Numbered from the stretch's first letter, positions 49,126 to 63,812 are shown. The stretch is DNA of 64,000 bases from Octopus bimaculoides (GCF_001194135.2 NC_068983.1:54042889-54106888), one strand, 5' to 3'. Numbers and translations: made by a program. Notes: a model not told the origin generated them from the letters alone.

Positions 49126-52100
49126 CAATTGTTTTTAATACCATGTTTACAAGTAACGAGCAGGCAGAATCGTTAGTATGACAGGCAAAATGCTTAATGA
49201 CGTTTTGTTTGTTTTTATGTTTTGATTTCAAATTCTGCAGAGGTCAACTTTTCCTTTCATCCTTTTTGGGGTCATTAAAATAAGTACCATTTGAACACTG
49301 GGGTCAATGTAATTGACTTACCCCCTCCCCAAGAATGGTGCCAAAATTTGAAACCAATAACATATTTCCTTGGTTACAACAAGGCTTTTAAGCATTATAA
49401 ACCATTTGTAACATTTAAATCTTACAAATGGTTCATAATACTTAAAAGCTAAGGTTTTATCTTTGTAATCAACATACTGACCTTCACTTTGCATCCTGGG
49501 CCTAGCACAATATCCATATCATGTTAAGCATCAAAGTTAAACTTCATATCAAGGGGATGAATTATTTTTTTGTTAAATAATGCAGTATTATATTTTTATC
49601 ATCTATCAATATCTAGTTTTCTGTATCTCATTAATTTTAATTAAATACAACTAAAACAACAAAACTCACTTAACTTGACCTCACTGAATTTCATAAGTTA
49701 CTTATTTACATCACCTATTGATTCGGGAATCAACCAAATTATTAATAATTAATGGTTAATGAGCAAATAAATATGCAAAACAAAACTTTTTTTGAAGTAA
49801 TGTAAACAGTCTACAGCTTTTTATTTTGTTTTGGTCTTCAATGCAAAGCTTTTCTCATGGCTAGTGTGTGCAAATCCCACCCCTGACAGTGAAAACTGAG
49901 AGGCCATTTACATACAGCTCGTCTTATTGGAATATGACTTGCACTAACAAAATTTTTGTTACTTAAACTAAAGCTAAAAAAGAAATGTTTAAGAAATCAA
50001 TAATGTAACGACATATTCATCCTCTTCCATTTCTATTCTTATGTCATTGATGTGGCTGAAGCTTCTCACACAGATCAATGGAAGAAGTCAGATCATCCAG
50101 GCAAGAGAAACTACAGTGGACATTGAGGTAATAAACCTCTACATGGTGGATTAGGAGGTCAGTCACAAATTCCTACACAGTGGGTGTAGAGGTGGTGAAC
50201 CTCTACTTGGTGGTCATGGAGATGGCAAGCCTCAAGTCACTTTTAAACAACGTTGAAGATTTATGAGGAATAGAGTGACAAATTTTAAACTAAGTTAAAC
50301 TGGTTACTGAGGCAATTAAAATCAAGTCACCTCACCTATCAAAATAGAAAGTAAACAAAAGAACAAGATTTATCATCACTGAGGATGATGTTGAGCCAAA
50401 GAATTTCTGAAAATGATCATCTTTGTGGTGGCTTTGGTGAATCTGAATTTGAAATGAATGTCTTCTTTGTTGTCAGTAATTGCCAGAGTGCCAAAGTGAT
50501 TTGACATTCTGGCAATCAATGTCTGCAATAAATAGATTTTGTAGCTATCTGTGGTAATATCGAAGAATGAAATACTATGAACTCAAGTGGACATGTACAA
50601 AAATATTGGACAAATACCCAGGCGGACTTTTAGAATCCCTACTGGAGGAAATGAAGTAATTTATGACTTTTTTTTTATCTTGAGTCTTAGAACGCATAAG
50701 GTAAGCCAGAGAATCGCATTCAGCACCAGTCAAATTACCCAACCTATGCTAGCATGGACGATGATGATTAAACAACAATGGTGATACTGACAGACTTTAT
50801 CATTATTAATCTGGTATTTGGAAAATAAATCAACATTCAATCTTGATGAAAACTGTTAACTGAGATCACTTTTAAAACAAGGCCAGATGGCATCAAAAGA
50901 GTGAAGCCATAACTTGGTGCTATAATGACTTGAAATATTGCTAAAATTATTAAAAGTCCAATATTTGTTAATGATGCTTATAGGCAGAAGATTAAGGAGG
51001 ATTAACAAGCAGCTTATGTTCTAGCTCTTTGTATTCTCATTAAAAGTTTAAGTTCCATTAATTCATACATTCCTCCGAGTTCAAATCATGTGGTAGCCTA
51101 CATGTGGTAGATTTCATTCCTCACTCAGTTTACAATCTCTCCCCCTACCCAAAGCACTGGTGATGGTGCCACATGAAAAGCACCCAGTACACTCCATAAG
51201 AAGGGTGTCCAACTGCAGAAGTCATGCCAAAACAGGTTATGGAACCTGGCACAGTTTCTGGATTTGCCAGTCCCTGTTAAGCTGTCCAACCCATGCCAGC
51301 ATGGAAAACAGACGTTAAATGATGATGATGATGACCCCCATCTGGTCTTTTGGACCCCTTTAGGCTTTACCTTCCTCTCTTGTGGAAGCAAACAGCAAGA
51401 AAAAAAAATGTCAGATTTATTGTAGTTTAGCCACTGGTCAAACAGATTTATACTCAGAAACATCCCAACCATGACGATGAGTGTTTTTTACTTTCAGGCA
51501 TCACGAAATACATTATCCAAAGTGTCCTTCCAGTTTAAGCTAACAGAATATCGTTTGAGGGAGATTTTAATATTTTTAGCAGGTAGAATGCTCATGAGCA
51601 AACTCATAAGGCCTTCTTTTGTGTGATACAGCAAAGGTATTCATTAGAAAAAGAGTTGGTTGTATAACAGGAAATGTTCCTGTTAGCAAAAAACATTGTA
51701 AAACACTCCATGAAAAAAATTGTATGAATGGATTGATTGTATAACCTCTATAAGAGCTGGAGGGTTAATGGAGATTATTTTTTAAAACATCAATAATGAG
51801 GTGAAAGAAAGTTGTTGATGAGAAATCGTTAAGAATTGTCAGAATTGGTTGTTACTATAACAGGTGGGAAAAAAAATAACTTTAACATGAACCAATATTT
51901 TATGGCCAATCAGAAGGTTTCGGTTGCTAATGATTTCTACGTGCAAGTGTGGGTGTGGAGTGAAAATGCTTGGTTCCTAACAATGTTGGTCTTGAGTTCA
52001 ATTCCATTGTGTGGTGCCTTGGGCAAGCATCTTCTACTTAGACTCAGGCCGACCAAAAAACTTGTGAGTAAATGGAAACTGAAAGAAGCCTGTTGTGTGT

Positions 52101-53689
52101 GTAAGTCTGTGTGTGTGTTTACATATTGTGGGGCTGGAATGGGCTGGAAATAAAGGATCAGTGATGTTACACAAACGGCTGAGGGTCCTTGCTGAAAGGA
52201 CAGGAGCAAGGGAGAATCACGTGAGCAAATGCATGATTAATGTAGGCCTCTTCACCTTGGGGCTTTTGTACGGGATGGATATATGTGGCCTCATGACTTG
52301 AGGGAATTTGCCATTAGGTTCTGGCAGGAGGTTTGGCAGGCAGGGCTCCTATGAATATATCCCAGCTAGAAGGGATCAAAGCTATAAAAGAACCTGTAAA
52401 ATAGGTGAGTTGCATTTCCCCCCACCCCACACTGCAAGTACTTGTGTACTTGTTGTATGCAGTGGATGGTGGGTATTGAATCATGTGAGTTGCTGTAAAT
52501 GAGAATCACTGTCATACAAGCAGTGTTGTTCATTTCCTGTTTCCATAGTAAAATATTACCTGCTTTCAAGCAAGGGAGGGTTGGCAACATGAAGGGAATC
52601 TGGCAATGGAAAATCTGCCTTAACAAATTCCATCTAACCCATGCAAGCATGGAAAAGTGGACATTAAAACAGTGGTGATGATGATGATGTATTTTGTATA
52701 ATTCAAGTATGTTTGAGTGTATAAAATAGGGTTTCTGTGGTTGTTCTTTGTTGATGTAAGCTGGATTTGTATTTCATTATTACATTTCAATCGACAGGTT
52801 TCTTTGGGAATATATTTGTTATAAATGTTCTCACTGGAAAAGAATGGGAAAAGATAAATAAATGGAGAGGAACATACGAGTTAATACCATTTAGGATTTC
52901 AATAGAGGATGTTATTGAAATTCTGTCATTCATTTAGGGATATAAGTGGTTAGTGATAATTCATAGACCCCTTTTTAGGAAAGGGATAACTATAGGGGAC
53001 GAAATTAAGGATTAGGTATGTGGAAAGTGAAAGTTATAAGGTTGATATTTCATAATATTCCTTTCTACTATAAGCAAAAAGCCTGAAATTTTGTGGGGAG
53101 GGGCTAGTTGTTACCCCAGTACCCAACTAGTACTTATTTTATCGATTCTGAAAGGAAGAAAAGCAAAGTCTACCTCGGCAGAATTTGAACTCAGAATGTA
53201 AAATCAGACAAAATGCTTCTAAGCATTTTGCCCCTTATTTTTTAAAATTTAAAACACACTTAGATGGGGTTTTTATCAACTAATGATGGGAATAATCTCA
53301 GAGAATTGAGAATGTGTCCTTCACAATGAGACAGTATGGAGCAAATTATGAGGAAGCTTTGAAGTGAAGTGATGAGTTTAAAATATAATTATTAGGAAAG
53401 GTGTTTAGCTAAGAACAAGTTAATTAGTTTAAAACCTTTAACATGTTAATTAGTTAACATGTTAATTAGTTAAAAACCGTTAACATAATTTTTTTTTCTC
53501 ATTTTGGGATTTCCTTATTTTCTTGTAGCAAAGACTTTGTACAAGAGGTTCTAACATTTTTTTACTGATTGCAGCAAAGAGAAAGTAGATACTGTTGGAT
53601 TTTGATTACTTTACAAATGCAGAAGGTAAAAGTGATAAGGTGACATTTCAGGATATTAATTATCTCCCTTACTTGATTTTAGATTTTAA

Positions 53690-55380
53690 CCCTTTCGGTA
53701 CCAACCCAGCTGAAACCACCTCTTGCTCTGTAGTACAAATGTCTTGTTTTCATAAGTTCTGAATTAAAATCTTCCACCAAACCTTAGTCTCAATTTATGT
53801 TCCTAACACTAACTGAATGATAACTAAGTTATTTTACTAAATTCTTTGTTATATTTAAAACTAATTGAAAGAAACACAGAACATCTCAACAAAAATATGG
53901 TAACGAAAGGGTTTAAGTCACCATGATATTTTTAAACCTTTCGTTACTAACCCGGCTGAAACCACCTCTTGCTCTGTAATACAAATGTCTTGCTTTCATA
54001 AGTTTTGAATTAAAATCTTCCACCAAACCTTAGTCACAATTTACGTTCTTAACACTAGCTTAATGATAACTAAGTTATTTTACTAAATTCTTTGTTATAT
54101 TTAAAATTCATTGAAAGAAACACAGAGCATCTCAAAAGAAATATGGTAATGAAAAGATTAAACATCCCTGGAGGGAGATTTTATTTACTAGTTACAGGGA
54201 TATTCCAAGTTAATCAAGAATTTTCAGCTTGTGAAACCTTACCACTTATCTACTTGATTTATTAGTCCACTCCGCCCTTTAAATATCTTTCCTCCACCTC
54301 TGTTGTTGAAATTCATAATCAACAACATTAAATTCCCTGCATTTTTCTGATTGTTTCCAAGTCTTTCCAACTGAGCTGAATATGTTTTATTGAGGAGATC
54401 TAATAAGATCAATACATGTCTGCTGTCTTCACCATTTGGTTTTAATCCATTTTGGCACCAACTTGCCTGAGACTGTCCCAGGTTCTATAATATAAACCTT
54501 CTACTTTAAATCAATCTCGATTAAAAACTTCCATTAAAATTTCATGTTAATTTCTGTTCCAAGCACCAGAGGAATAATGAGTTATTTTACTAAGTTCTTT
54601 GTTATTTTCAAAATTTTTAAAGTCAGTGTATTTCAACAGAAATTCTAACAAAAGGATTAATACAAGGCTCCTGTCAGCTTCAATTTAACTGAGAGAAGTT
54701 TCAATCAGTTGTAGTTGAGGACTTTGCTAACTTAACCCTTTTGATACCAGCCAGCCTGAGACCAATCCTGGTTCTTTAACATAAACTCCTTATTTTAAAG
54801 AGATTGAAATTAAAACATTCCGTTAAAATTTCATATTAATTTCTTTTTCAAAGACAAGCTTAATAATGACAGTTATTTTACTAACTAACTCATTATTTTC
54901 AAAATTAATGGAAACCAAGACATCATATTTCCAAAAAAATCTGGTAACAAAATGGTAACACAATTCTCCTGTTAACCTCGGGTAATCTTTCATGGATTTT
55001 AGTCAGCAATAATTCAGGGCTTGCCTAACTTAACCCTTTTGATACCAATCCACCTTAGACTACTCTTGGTTCTATGATACAAACTTCTTGTTTTAAACTG
55101 ATTCAAATTAAAAGAGTCATTTTACTAAATTCTTCATTATTTTGAAAATTATTTGAAACAAAGGCAGTGTATTTCAAGAGAAACAGGGTAACAAAAGGGT
55201 TAAAGGCAAGATCCTTCCTGTCTGTATTGTCTTCATTTTCGAAATATTTCAGACAGCTAAATATTATTGAAGTTACCTGCCCTTTTTATTATTTTTAGAT
55301 TTTGACCCTTTCATTACCAGATTTCTATTGAAATATACTGTTTTTTTTCATTTAAAAATAAAGAATTTATTGAAATAACA
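53690..55380. mobile_element. Cluster of five (plus one partial) related piggyBac-like MITEs of about 170-230 bp
   Basis: TTAA|CCCTTT(C/T)G.TACC ... GGTAAC(G/A)AAAGGG|TTAA-type ends at about 53690-53911, 53936-54157, 54446-54656, 54736-54955 and 55034-55199; another copy at about 59520-59713. Confidence 0.8.
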
Positions 55381-55404
55381 AGCAATAGTCTTCATTGGCA
55401 ACTA

Positions 55405-55628
55405 GACTCTTTTACTCTTTTACTTGTTTCAGTCATTTAACTGCGGCCATGCTGGAGCACCGCCTTTTAGTCAAGCAAATCGACCTCAGGACTTATTCTT
55501 TGGAAGCCTGGTACTTATTGTATCGGTCCCTTTTGCCGAACCGTTAAGTTACGGGGATGTAAACACACCACCATCGGTTGTCAAGCAATGCTGGGGGGAC
55601 AAACACAGACACACAAACATATACACAC

Positions 55629-55697
<69 letters not shown>

Positions 55698-55866
55698 TAT
55701 ATACGATGGGCTTCTTTCAGTTTCTGTCTATGAAATCCACTCACAAGGCTTTGGTTGGCCCGAGGCTATAGTAGAAGACACTTGCCCAAGGTGCCATGCA
55801 GTGGGAATGAACCAAGAACCATGTGGTTGGTAAGCAAGCTACTTACCACACAGACACTCCTGCGCC
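55405..55866 (-). mobile_element. SINE family B1, full length, with a long internal (TA)n
   Basis: Matches 41757-42182. Confidence 0.9.
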
Positions 55867-57304
55867 TGTTGAACACTTTTTAATACTAAAAGGTTAAGAA
55901 GTTTACTCAGAAGGAATTCATTATAAAACAAGTCTATTTATCTTTTAGTTTTCTTCACTGTGTGTGGTTGATGCAGTTGGCACTTGTCATTTGAAATGGC
56001 TTCACATTTTCGAAGTATTTTCCCTCAGTCTTATTGTTGATAAATATCTCTTTGCTTCAGCATATTTTTAGAATGACATTTCGGTAGGTGTGAGAAGCTG
56101 AATTTGATCAGTTTGAACATAAAACAAGCAGAATAGATAAGTCAGATATGGCCAGTTAAAATACTAAAGCAAGGGCCTTAATAAGGGGACATAGAACTTA
56201 AGTTTCCAAAGGTGTCTATCAACAACAGAGTAGAAGTCATGAACTGTATTAAAAAAAAAAAAATGGAAAACAGCTCATTTTTAAAGATGTTTCAAGATTA
56301 TTAGTTAGGAATTTGGAAATGAATATTCAGAGAGTGGCATGACATATTTAGTTTTGCTGGATGAGTTAAGAATTAGGTAAGAACGACAGTTAAAAAATGG
56401 GCCAGGTGAGGTAACTTGTTTATTAAGAATATAATTGATAGTGAATTGTGTGTGAGATGAAGGTGTTGTCTTTTAAGAAGAAATGATGTTAGAACAGCAT
56501 GACACCTACTGCCACCCCTTGTCTTTACTCTGCTTTGCTATGTTTTGTTCTATTTCTCCTCATTGTTTAAATAAGACAGCCCTTGCACAGTTTCTTGTAA
56601 AACCCATTTATTGAAGTGTCGTTCATTAATAGTCTGGTTACAAATCAAATATGGAAGGTCACACCTTAAATTTATGATACTACTTTATTTTCTCAATTTC
56701 ACTCATTCGTGCTCACGTGTTTCTCCGGAGTATGATGCAGAAGTATTTGTAAATATTATTATCTCACATTAACTGTTATTAACTATGCATCTTTTGTTTG
56801 TTTAAGAACTGGGATTGCAATTACATTATATTGCTGCTTGATTATAACCCCAGTTATTCCCCACCTTTTTCCTCATCCTTTTATTATCTGTAAAATAATG
56901 TTAGAATTTTAACAAAGGCATCCATCTTATTTGTGTGTTTTGTGGTGGTGAAATTTATGCAAATTATACAGGTGTTTGTTTAAATCTGAAAATGTTAATG
57001 TATGATATATTGCTAATGTACAATAATGTTAGCTACAATTAGATTGATAATGTACATTTGTGCACAATGTGGATTAAAGTTTAAAATCAAAGTTTACTTT
57101 TAAAAATCATTTTTATTACTTCTCTAAATGAGATCAGCAATGTAATCAGCTTTTTTTTAATATATCACAAATTATATTTTGTTTCATGATTTTTTTAGTT
57201 GTTGTTGTTGTTGCTTAGCTCCAGGTCAACCTTGTATGAACAGACATGTGGTGAAAGACAATCCAGGTGTGACCACCTCACCTTTTTCATCGTTTCCTTA
57301 TCAG

Positions 57305-57660
57305 GCTTTGCTGTGTGGTTAAGAAGCTTGCTTCCTAACCATGTGGTCTTGGGTTTAGTCCCACTGTGCAGCATCTTGAGCAAGCATCTTCTACTAAAGC
57401 CTTGTGAGTGGATTTAGTTGATGGAAACTGAAAGAAGCCCATCGTGTGTGTGTGTGTGTACTCTTGTCTTGATTTCATGTGATAATTGAAAATAAGCATC
57501 ACCATCATACAAGTGATGTTATTCGTTTCCTGTCTCTCATGGTGAAATATTACCTTGCTTGGAAACTGGTAAGAGTTGGCAACAGGAAGAGCATCCAGCT
57601 GTAGAAAATCAACCCCAATAAATACTGTCTGACTGAAGCACACTTGGAAAAGTGAACATT
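57305..57660 (+). mobile_element. SINE family B2 (B head plus C-like 3' half)
   Basis: gctgtgtggttaagaagcttgcttcc head, (TG)n, then gttggcaacaggaagagcatccagctgtagaaaa and ggaaaagtgaacatt tail. Confidence 0.7.
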
Positions 57661-58139
57661 TATTGATACCAAATATGTAATTGCTGTTTCAAAATATTAG
57701 GCTTTGCTCTGAAGGAGATTTTACTGCTATTTCTAGTAAATTGATTGCTTAAACACCAATATAAACATTCCCACTTTTGCTCATACGTACCTGGTGAGGG
57801 GCAGGAGAGCATGGTGGTGGAGGGCTTATACTAATCTTTGTATCAACTAAGTTTAGATTTAGTTCTTATTTTGTGTTTTACATTCAATGCTAGAATGGTC
57901 TGCTGATTCCAGTGACAAATATCATTAAAAAAGCCATCATTTTTCTTTGAATATATTTATTTTATTCCCATTTATCTATCACCTTGTCATCAAATTTTTA
58001 GTGATGGTAATATTATGCATGTTTTGCTTTCATAATGACTTTATGATATCGTGTGAGATACAAGTTAAGTTATTTGGCCACCACTTGTAGATTCAGTTAA
58101 TTAAATAAGGTGATGTGAATTCTTGCAGGGACTGAGAAG

Positions 58140-58560
58140 TTTCTCTCTCCCTCTTTCCATCTTCCTTCTTAATTCTATTTCTCTGCCCCTCTCTATGCAT
58201 TTGTTTCTATCTTCCTCTGTGCCCCTCCCTCTGTTTTTTCCTCTCTTCTTCTGTGCACCTCTCTCTGTCTTTCTCTATCTCCTTCTGTGCACTTCCATCT
58301 TCCTCTGTCCCTTCCCATGACTCTCTCTGTCTTCCTCTGTGCTCCTATTTCTGTCTTTCTCTGTCTCTTTTTATTCCTCTCTTCCTGTTTGACTCTCCCT
58401 TCTTCTATACCCCTCTCTCTTTTGTCTTGTCTCCTTTAATGCCCCTCTCTCTATTTGTCTTTCTATCTTTTGTGCCCCCTCTCTCCTTCAGTGTTGTTTC
58501 TCTCCCTCTCCTTTTAGTTTTTACCTCTTCCCTTTACTCTCTTTACATCCATTTTCCCTA
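58140..58560. repeat. CT-rich low-complexity tract
   Basis: Degenerate ctctct/ctgtgc repeats. Confidence 0.8.
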
Positions 58561-58944
58561 TGCAGACAGATATGGTTGGGACAACAGTTTTATGAACTAC
58601 AACATTTCCATATTATCAAAATAATTATTTTTATGACTAAACTTTTATGGTAAATTGGCTGAAGCAGGAATAATGTTGGATTTCAGTGTTTATTTGTGTT
58701 TCATGTGTCACGAGTTCAATTCTTGTTAAAACCAGACCATGAAACAAGCCAAATCTTTCATGAAAACCTGTTTGGCCATGGAGAAATATTACCTTACATA
58801 GAAACTGATAAGGGCAGGTGACAGGAAGGGCATCTGACTGTAGGAAATCAATCTCAATAAATTCCATCTGAATTCCTCAACAAATTTCCTTGCAAGCATG
58901 GAAAAGTGGGTGTTAAAACAATAGTGATGAGGTCAAGCAAATTT

Positions 58945-59440
58945 TATGATGAAGACCTGTTGGGGCAAGTGAAATCAAAATTGTGATGGCACAAGCACCG
59001 ACCGAGCGTGATCATTGCCTGAGCAGCTGCCTGGCTTCCATGCCAGTGGCACGTAAATAGTACCATTTGAGCGTGATTGTTACCAGAATCACCTTACTGG
59101 CACTTGTGCTGGTGGCACATATAAAAACATTTGAGCGAGGTTGTTGCCAGTGTTGCTGGACTGGCTCCTGTGCAGGTGGCACGTAAAAAATAAATACCAT
59201 TTTGAGTGTGGCCATTGCCAATACCACCTGACTGGCCTTCATGCCGGAGGCATGTAAAAGCACCCACTACACTCTTGGAGTGGTTGGTGTTAGGAAGGGC
59301 ATCCAACTGTAGAAACTCTGCCAGATCAGATTGGAGCCTGGTGTAGCCATCTGGTTCGCCAGTCCTCAGTCGAATCGTCCAACCCATGCTAGCATGGAAG
59401 GTGGACATTAAACGATGATGATGATGATGATGATGATGAT
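58945..59440 (+). mobile_element. SINE-like family C with four to five tandem about 60-bp 5' units
   Basis: Repeating tttgagcgtg...ctggc...gtggcacgtaaa units, then core and (GAT)n tail. Confidence 0.85.
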
Positions 59441-62160
59441 AAAAATGAAATGGCCAAGCAGATGAGGTATTGAATTACAAACTCTCAGTTTGTGAGGTCA
59501 TATCAGAGACAGGGTAAATTCAACCCTTTTCATACCGAACTACCTGAGTCCATTCTTGGCTCTATGATATAAACTTTCTGTTTTAAAACCATTCATCAGA
59601 ATTCCATGTTAATTTATGCTCCAGGCACCAGATTCAACTAAATTCTTCATGAATTTTATAATTAATTAAAACAAAGGAAGCATTTTTCAATAAGCAATAT
59701 GGTAATGAAAGGGCTAATTATGATTCTTGTCAGGGTCCTTTATTCTCAATCCGTTCAGTTAGCTAACTGACTGAGAACCATTACTGATTCTGCGGGTAAC
59801 AATACTGTTGTAACAGTGGCAATGCTGGTGAATTTCAGTCCCATTCCTATTTAAATAAGAGAAACTAATGGAGACTTTGTTTCAGTTTAGTATGCATAGG
59901 CACAGACATGGCTGTGTGGTAAGAAGTTTTCTTCCCAACCACATGGCTCCAGGTTCACTCCCACTGTATGGCACTTTGGGCAGGTGATATCTACTATAGC
60001 CTTGGGCCAACCAAAGCCTTGTAAGTGGATTTGGTAGACAGAAACTGAAAGGATCCCATCGTATATATATATATATATAATAGTGCACACATGGTGCCAG
60101 CATTGTTGTGAATGTTGGCACCACGTGTGCCCTATTATAATTATAAATTAACTATAATTTGCCATTTATTGGCTTTTGCTTGTTGGCCACCTATATTATT
60201 GTTATTATTCATTTTACTTAATGATGATAATAAATAATATCCATATAAATAGTTTCGAATATTTATTCATATATATATATATAACTAATTTAGAGACGAA
60301 CCACCACTCTACAACTCAGTCAACCAAGAACCCGTCCAAAATCATGCTGTAGAATTACACATAATTATGTGTGTGTTCGAGTTTGTGTTTATCACACACT
60401 ATTGTTTGACAACTGGTGTTATGTGGTTTTGTCACTGTAACTTAGCAGTTTGGCTAAAGAGACCAACAGAATAAGTTTCAGCCTTGAAAACAATTAAATA
60501 CTGGGGTTGATTCATTCAACTAAAGATTCAAGATGGTGCCCCAGCATGGCCACAGTCAAATGACTGAAACAAGTAACAAATATGATAGGCAGAATTGCTA
60601 GTATGTTGGACAAATGCTTAGTAGTATTTCTCCAGACTCTTTACATTGTGTTCCAATTCTACTGAGTTTGACTTTGCTTTTCGTCCTTTCAGGGCCAATA
60701 TAACAAAGCGCTCACCTCAAGAACTGCTGGCCTGGCTCCAAAATCTGATGAAATTATCCTCATTGTTTAATGTCTGCTTTCCAGGCTGGCATGGGTTGGA
60801 CAGTTCGACTGAGGACTGACAAGGCAGAAGGCTGTACCAGGCTCCAGTCTGATCTGCCAGAGTTTCTACAGCTGGATGCCCTTCCTAATGCCAACCACTC
60901 TGAGAGTGTAGTGGGTGCTTTTAATAATGGCCTCTACTGGAATACAGGCCATTATAGTAGTAGTTCTTTTTTTTTTTTCACAGCCAATTCAGTGGAGGAA
61001 AGGTAGTTCTTGCAAACCATTTTTGTAGAGTTTCTGGGGTTTGTAGAATAAAAGGGAGAAATAAACTGAGAGAAGGTGCATAGCAGATTCCTTCAGAGGG
61101 ATGTGCATGGCTACTCACATTTAGCAGGGGGAAAAGCAAAGAGAGAACATGATATAAAGCTAAAACCAGAAAAGACATAAGATTCAGTGCTATGACAACA
61201 AACTAATGGCAGCAAATTTCAAAAATCCACCTTTCCATGGTGCTGGATTTAAGATATTTAACCTATATCACTATAATAATTGTTGTTTAGCACCAGGAGC
61301 TTCAACAATTCAATTTAAGCATGCAGCTGCACATGTGCAAGTCCTAGTTTTTGGTTTTGAGGAAGACTCAGTTGCCAAGCATGCAACTCTCCCTTCTCCA
61401 TGCTATTAATGTTTATATCCCCCAAAAAAGGCTGCCAAATTGAGCCAATACAAATTGACACCATTGTTGTTGTGGGAGTTATTGCCAGAAAACATAAAGA
61501 GCTGAAAGTGATGTTACAAGCCCTTAAGTTTGGTGCCTCTGTCTGGACCCCCTGAACCTATACAGGCTTATACAGCAGACCCAAAAGTATCACCTTATCC
61601 CACCACCAGCTAAAATCATCACCTGAGGTGGACTGCTCGCTTGGTCGCCCCACTCCTGCCACTGAATGCCCCTGCTAATGCACCACTTCATACTTTTCTA
61701 CTGAGCCTGGAAGAATAAAAGACAAAGTTGAGGAATTGAACTCAGAGTGTTGAGAATTGGGACAAATGCAACAAGGCATTCCAAGACTTTAATGTCTATT
61801 TTTTCTGTCTTTCTTTAGCCCCATGTTAGCCCTAATTGAACAGACTTACATTCTAAGACTTATTATAAGCATGGGGTTATGTATTTATGTATTTTAGACT
61901 TTTTATATCCAAGACTACATTATTTTTACGACAGCAGTAGATGTATTTGAGGGGAGATTTAGCTGACATTTCTAGCAACAGAATGCCAAGGTTCTCAGGT
62001 TTCACATTAGTTAATTTACTATTCTGATGTTATACAGGGGTCAGTTGAACCAAGCCACCTGTCCCCTTTTCAAAGAACCAACCTTTTGCCTAATCAAAAT
62101 AAATCAGTATTTATATATTTATATTCCTAATTCTTTCTTTCCCCATTCCTCACTTGCTGA

Positions 62161-62230
<70 letters not shown>

Positions 62231-62454
62231 TTCTCACACTTTTCATTCCCAACTCGCTCTTTTTTTCAAAACCTGGATTCCTTCCTTGTACATGGCTTTT
62301 ATGACAACGATGACAAAAGCATTAATATATTCTACACTTTCCTTCGATACTAAACTCTCAAAATTGATTTTTCTGTCATTGTTAAAAATATCAATATATG
62401 AATAGATGATCACTGTCTCGAATTAAATAATGCCACAAAACGAAAGAAAGAAAA

Positions 62455-62818
62455 NNNNNNNNNNNNNNNNNNNNNNNNNNNNNNNNNNNNNNNNNNNNNN
62501 NNNNNNNNNNNNNNNNNNNNNNNNNNNNNNNNNNNNNNNNNNNNNNNNNNNNNNNNNNNNNNNNNNNNNNNNNNNNNNNNNNNNNNNNNNNNNNNNNNNN
62601 NNNNNNNNNNNNNNNNNNNNNNNNNNNNNNNNNNNNNNNNNNNNNNNNNNNNNNNNNNNNNNNNNNNNNNNNNNNNNNNNNNNNNNNNNNNNNNNNNNNN
62701 NNNNNNNNNNNNNNNNNNNNNNNNNNNNNNNNNNNNNNNNNNNNNNNNNNNNNNNNNNNNNNNNNNNNNNNNNNNNNNNNNNNNNNNNNNNNNNNNNNNN
62801 NNNNNNNNNNNNNNNNNN
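62455..62818. other. Assembly gap (N run)
   Basis: Run of N. Confidence 1.
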
Positions 62819-63652
62819 AAAGAAGCTATCTGCAAAGCCTTTTGAAATAATCAAGTTCATGGTGTTCTTAAGACTTTTTTTTTCTAGTTACATCAAATGA
62901 TTCTATATTGTACACCACTACCAAAATTTCCCTTCATTTAGTATATCAAAAGAAAAAAAAAAGTGCCACTGTTTTTACACGTTTGTTTGTTTGATTGATG
63001 ATATGTTCACTCTGATGAATATATCAGAAATTACTGAAGCTAGGAATCCCAAATTCCCATTTTTTTTTTTTTTTTTGAGTATTTTATATCAATGATACAA
63101 CAAAGCAAAATGTATTTTCTTTTCCTCAAAGTTTTCTGGTTTTTATCAAGTTATTTGGACAGTGCATAACACTGCTTTGTTCATTGTATCATATACTGGA
63201 CAAGACAGCAGAGATTATAAGAAAAACTATAATCAGATATACGAGAGAGAAAGAAACACAAGAGAAATGCATTTCAACACTATTTCTTTCAAGAATATTG
63301 GTGTTAGTCATAATAGTTAGGACTGTGAGATATATTAAAATATCAATGCAACGTTTAGAGAAGAATTTCCTTTTGTATTTATCTGTTAAGTATTTTTTCT
63401 CTCTAGATATGGGAAACGGTAGTGGGTAGAAACATTCTAAAACTCCTGGTTTGATTTACACACAGATATGTGTATGTGTGTGTCTAAAAAATCCAGAAGT
63501 TAAAAAAAAACAGCCAAAGACAGGCATTCATATGTAAGTTAATAGATGATTGCCAAAGTTGGTTCTCAGCATCTGATATGAAAGCCATTAGTGACTTGGC
63601 TCCTATGAGACAAATATATTGTATTTTTATCATTTTTATCAATAATAATAGA

Positions 63653-63812
63653 CGCAGGAGTGACTATGTGGTAAGTAGCTTGTTTACCAGCCACATGGTC
63701 CCGAGTTCAGTCCCACTGCATGGCATCTTGGGCAAGTGTTTTTTACTATAGCCTTGGGCTGACCAAAGCCTTGTGAGTGGATTTGGTAGACGGAAACTGA
63801 AAGAAGCCTGTC

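Noticed and set aside
63010-63035. CTGATGA-atatatca-GAAA motif
   Set aside because: No valid stem II, stem III or NUH site; it is a simple ctgat/atcag hairpin
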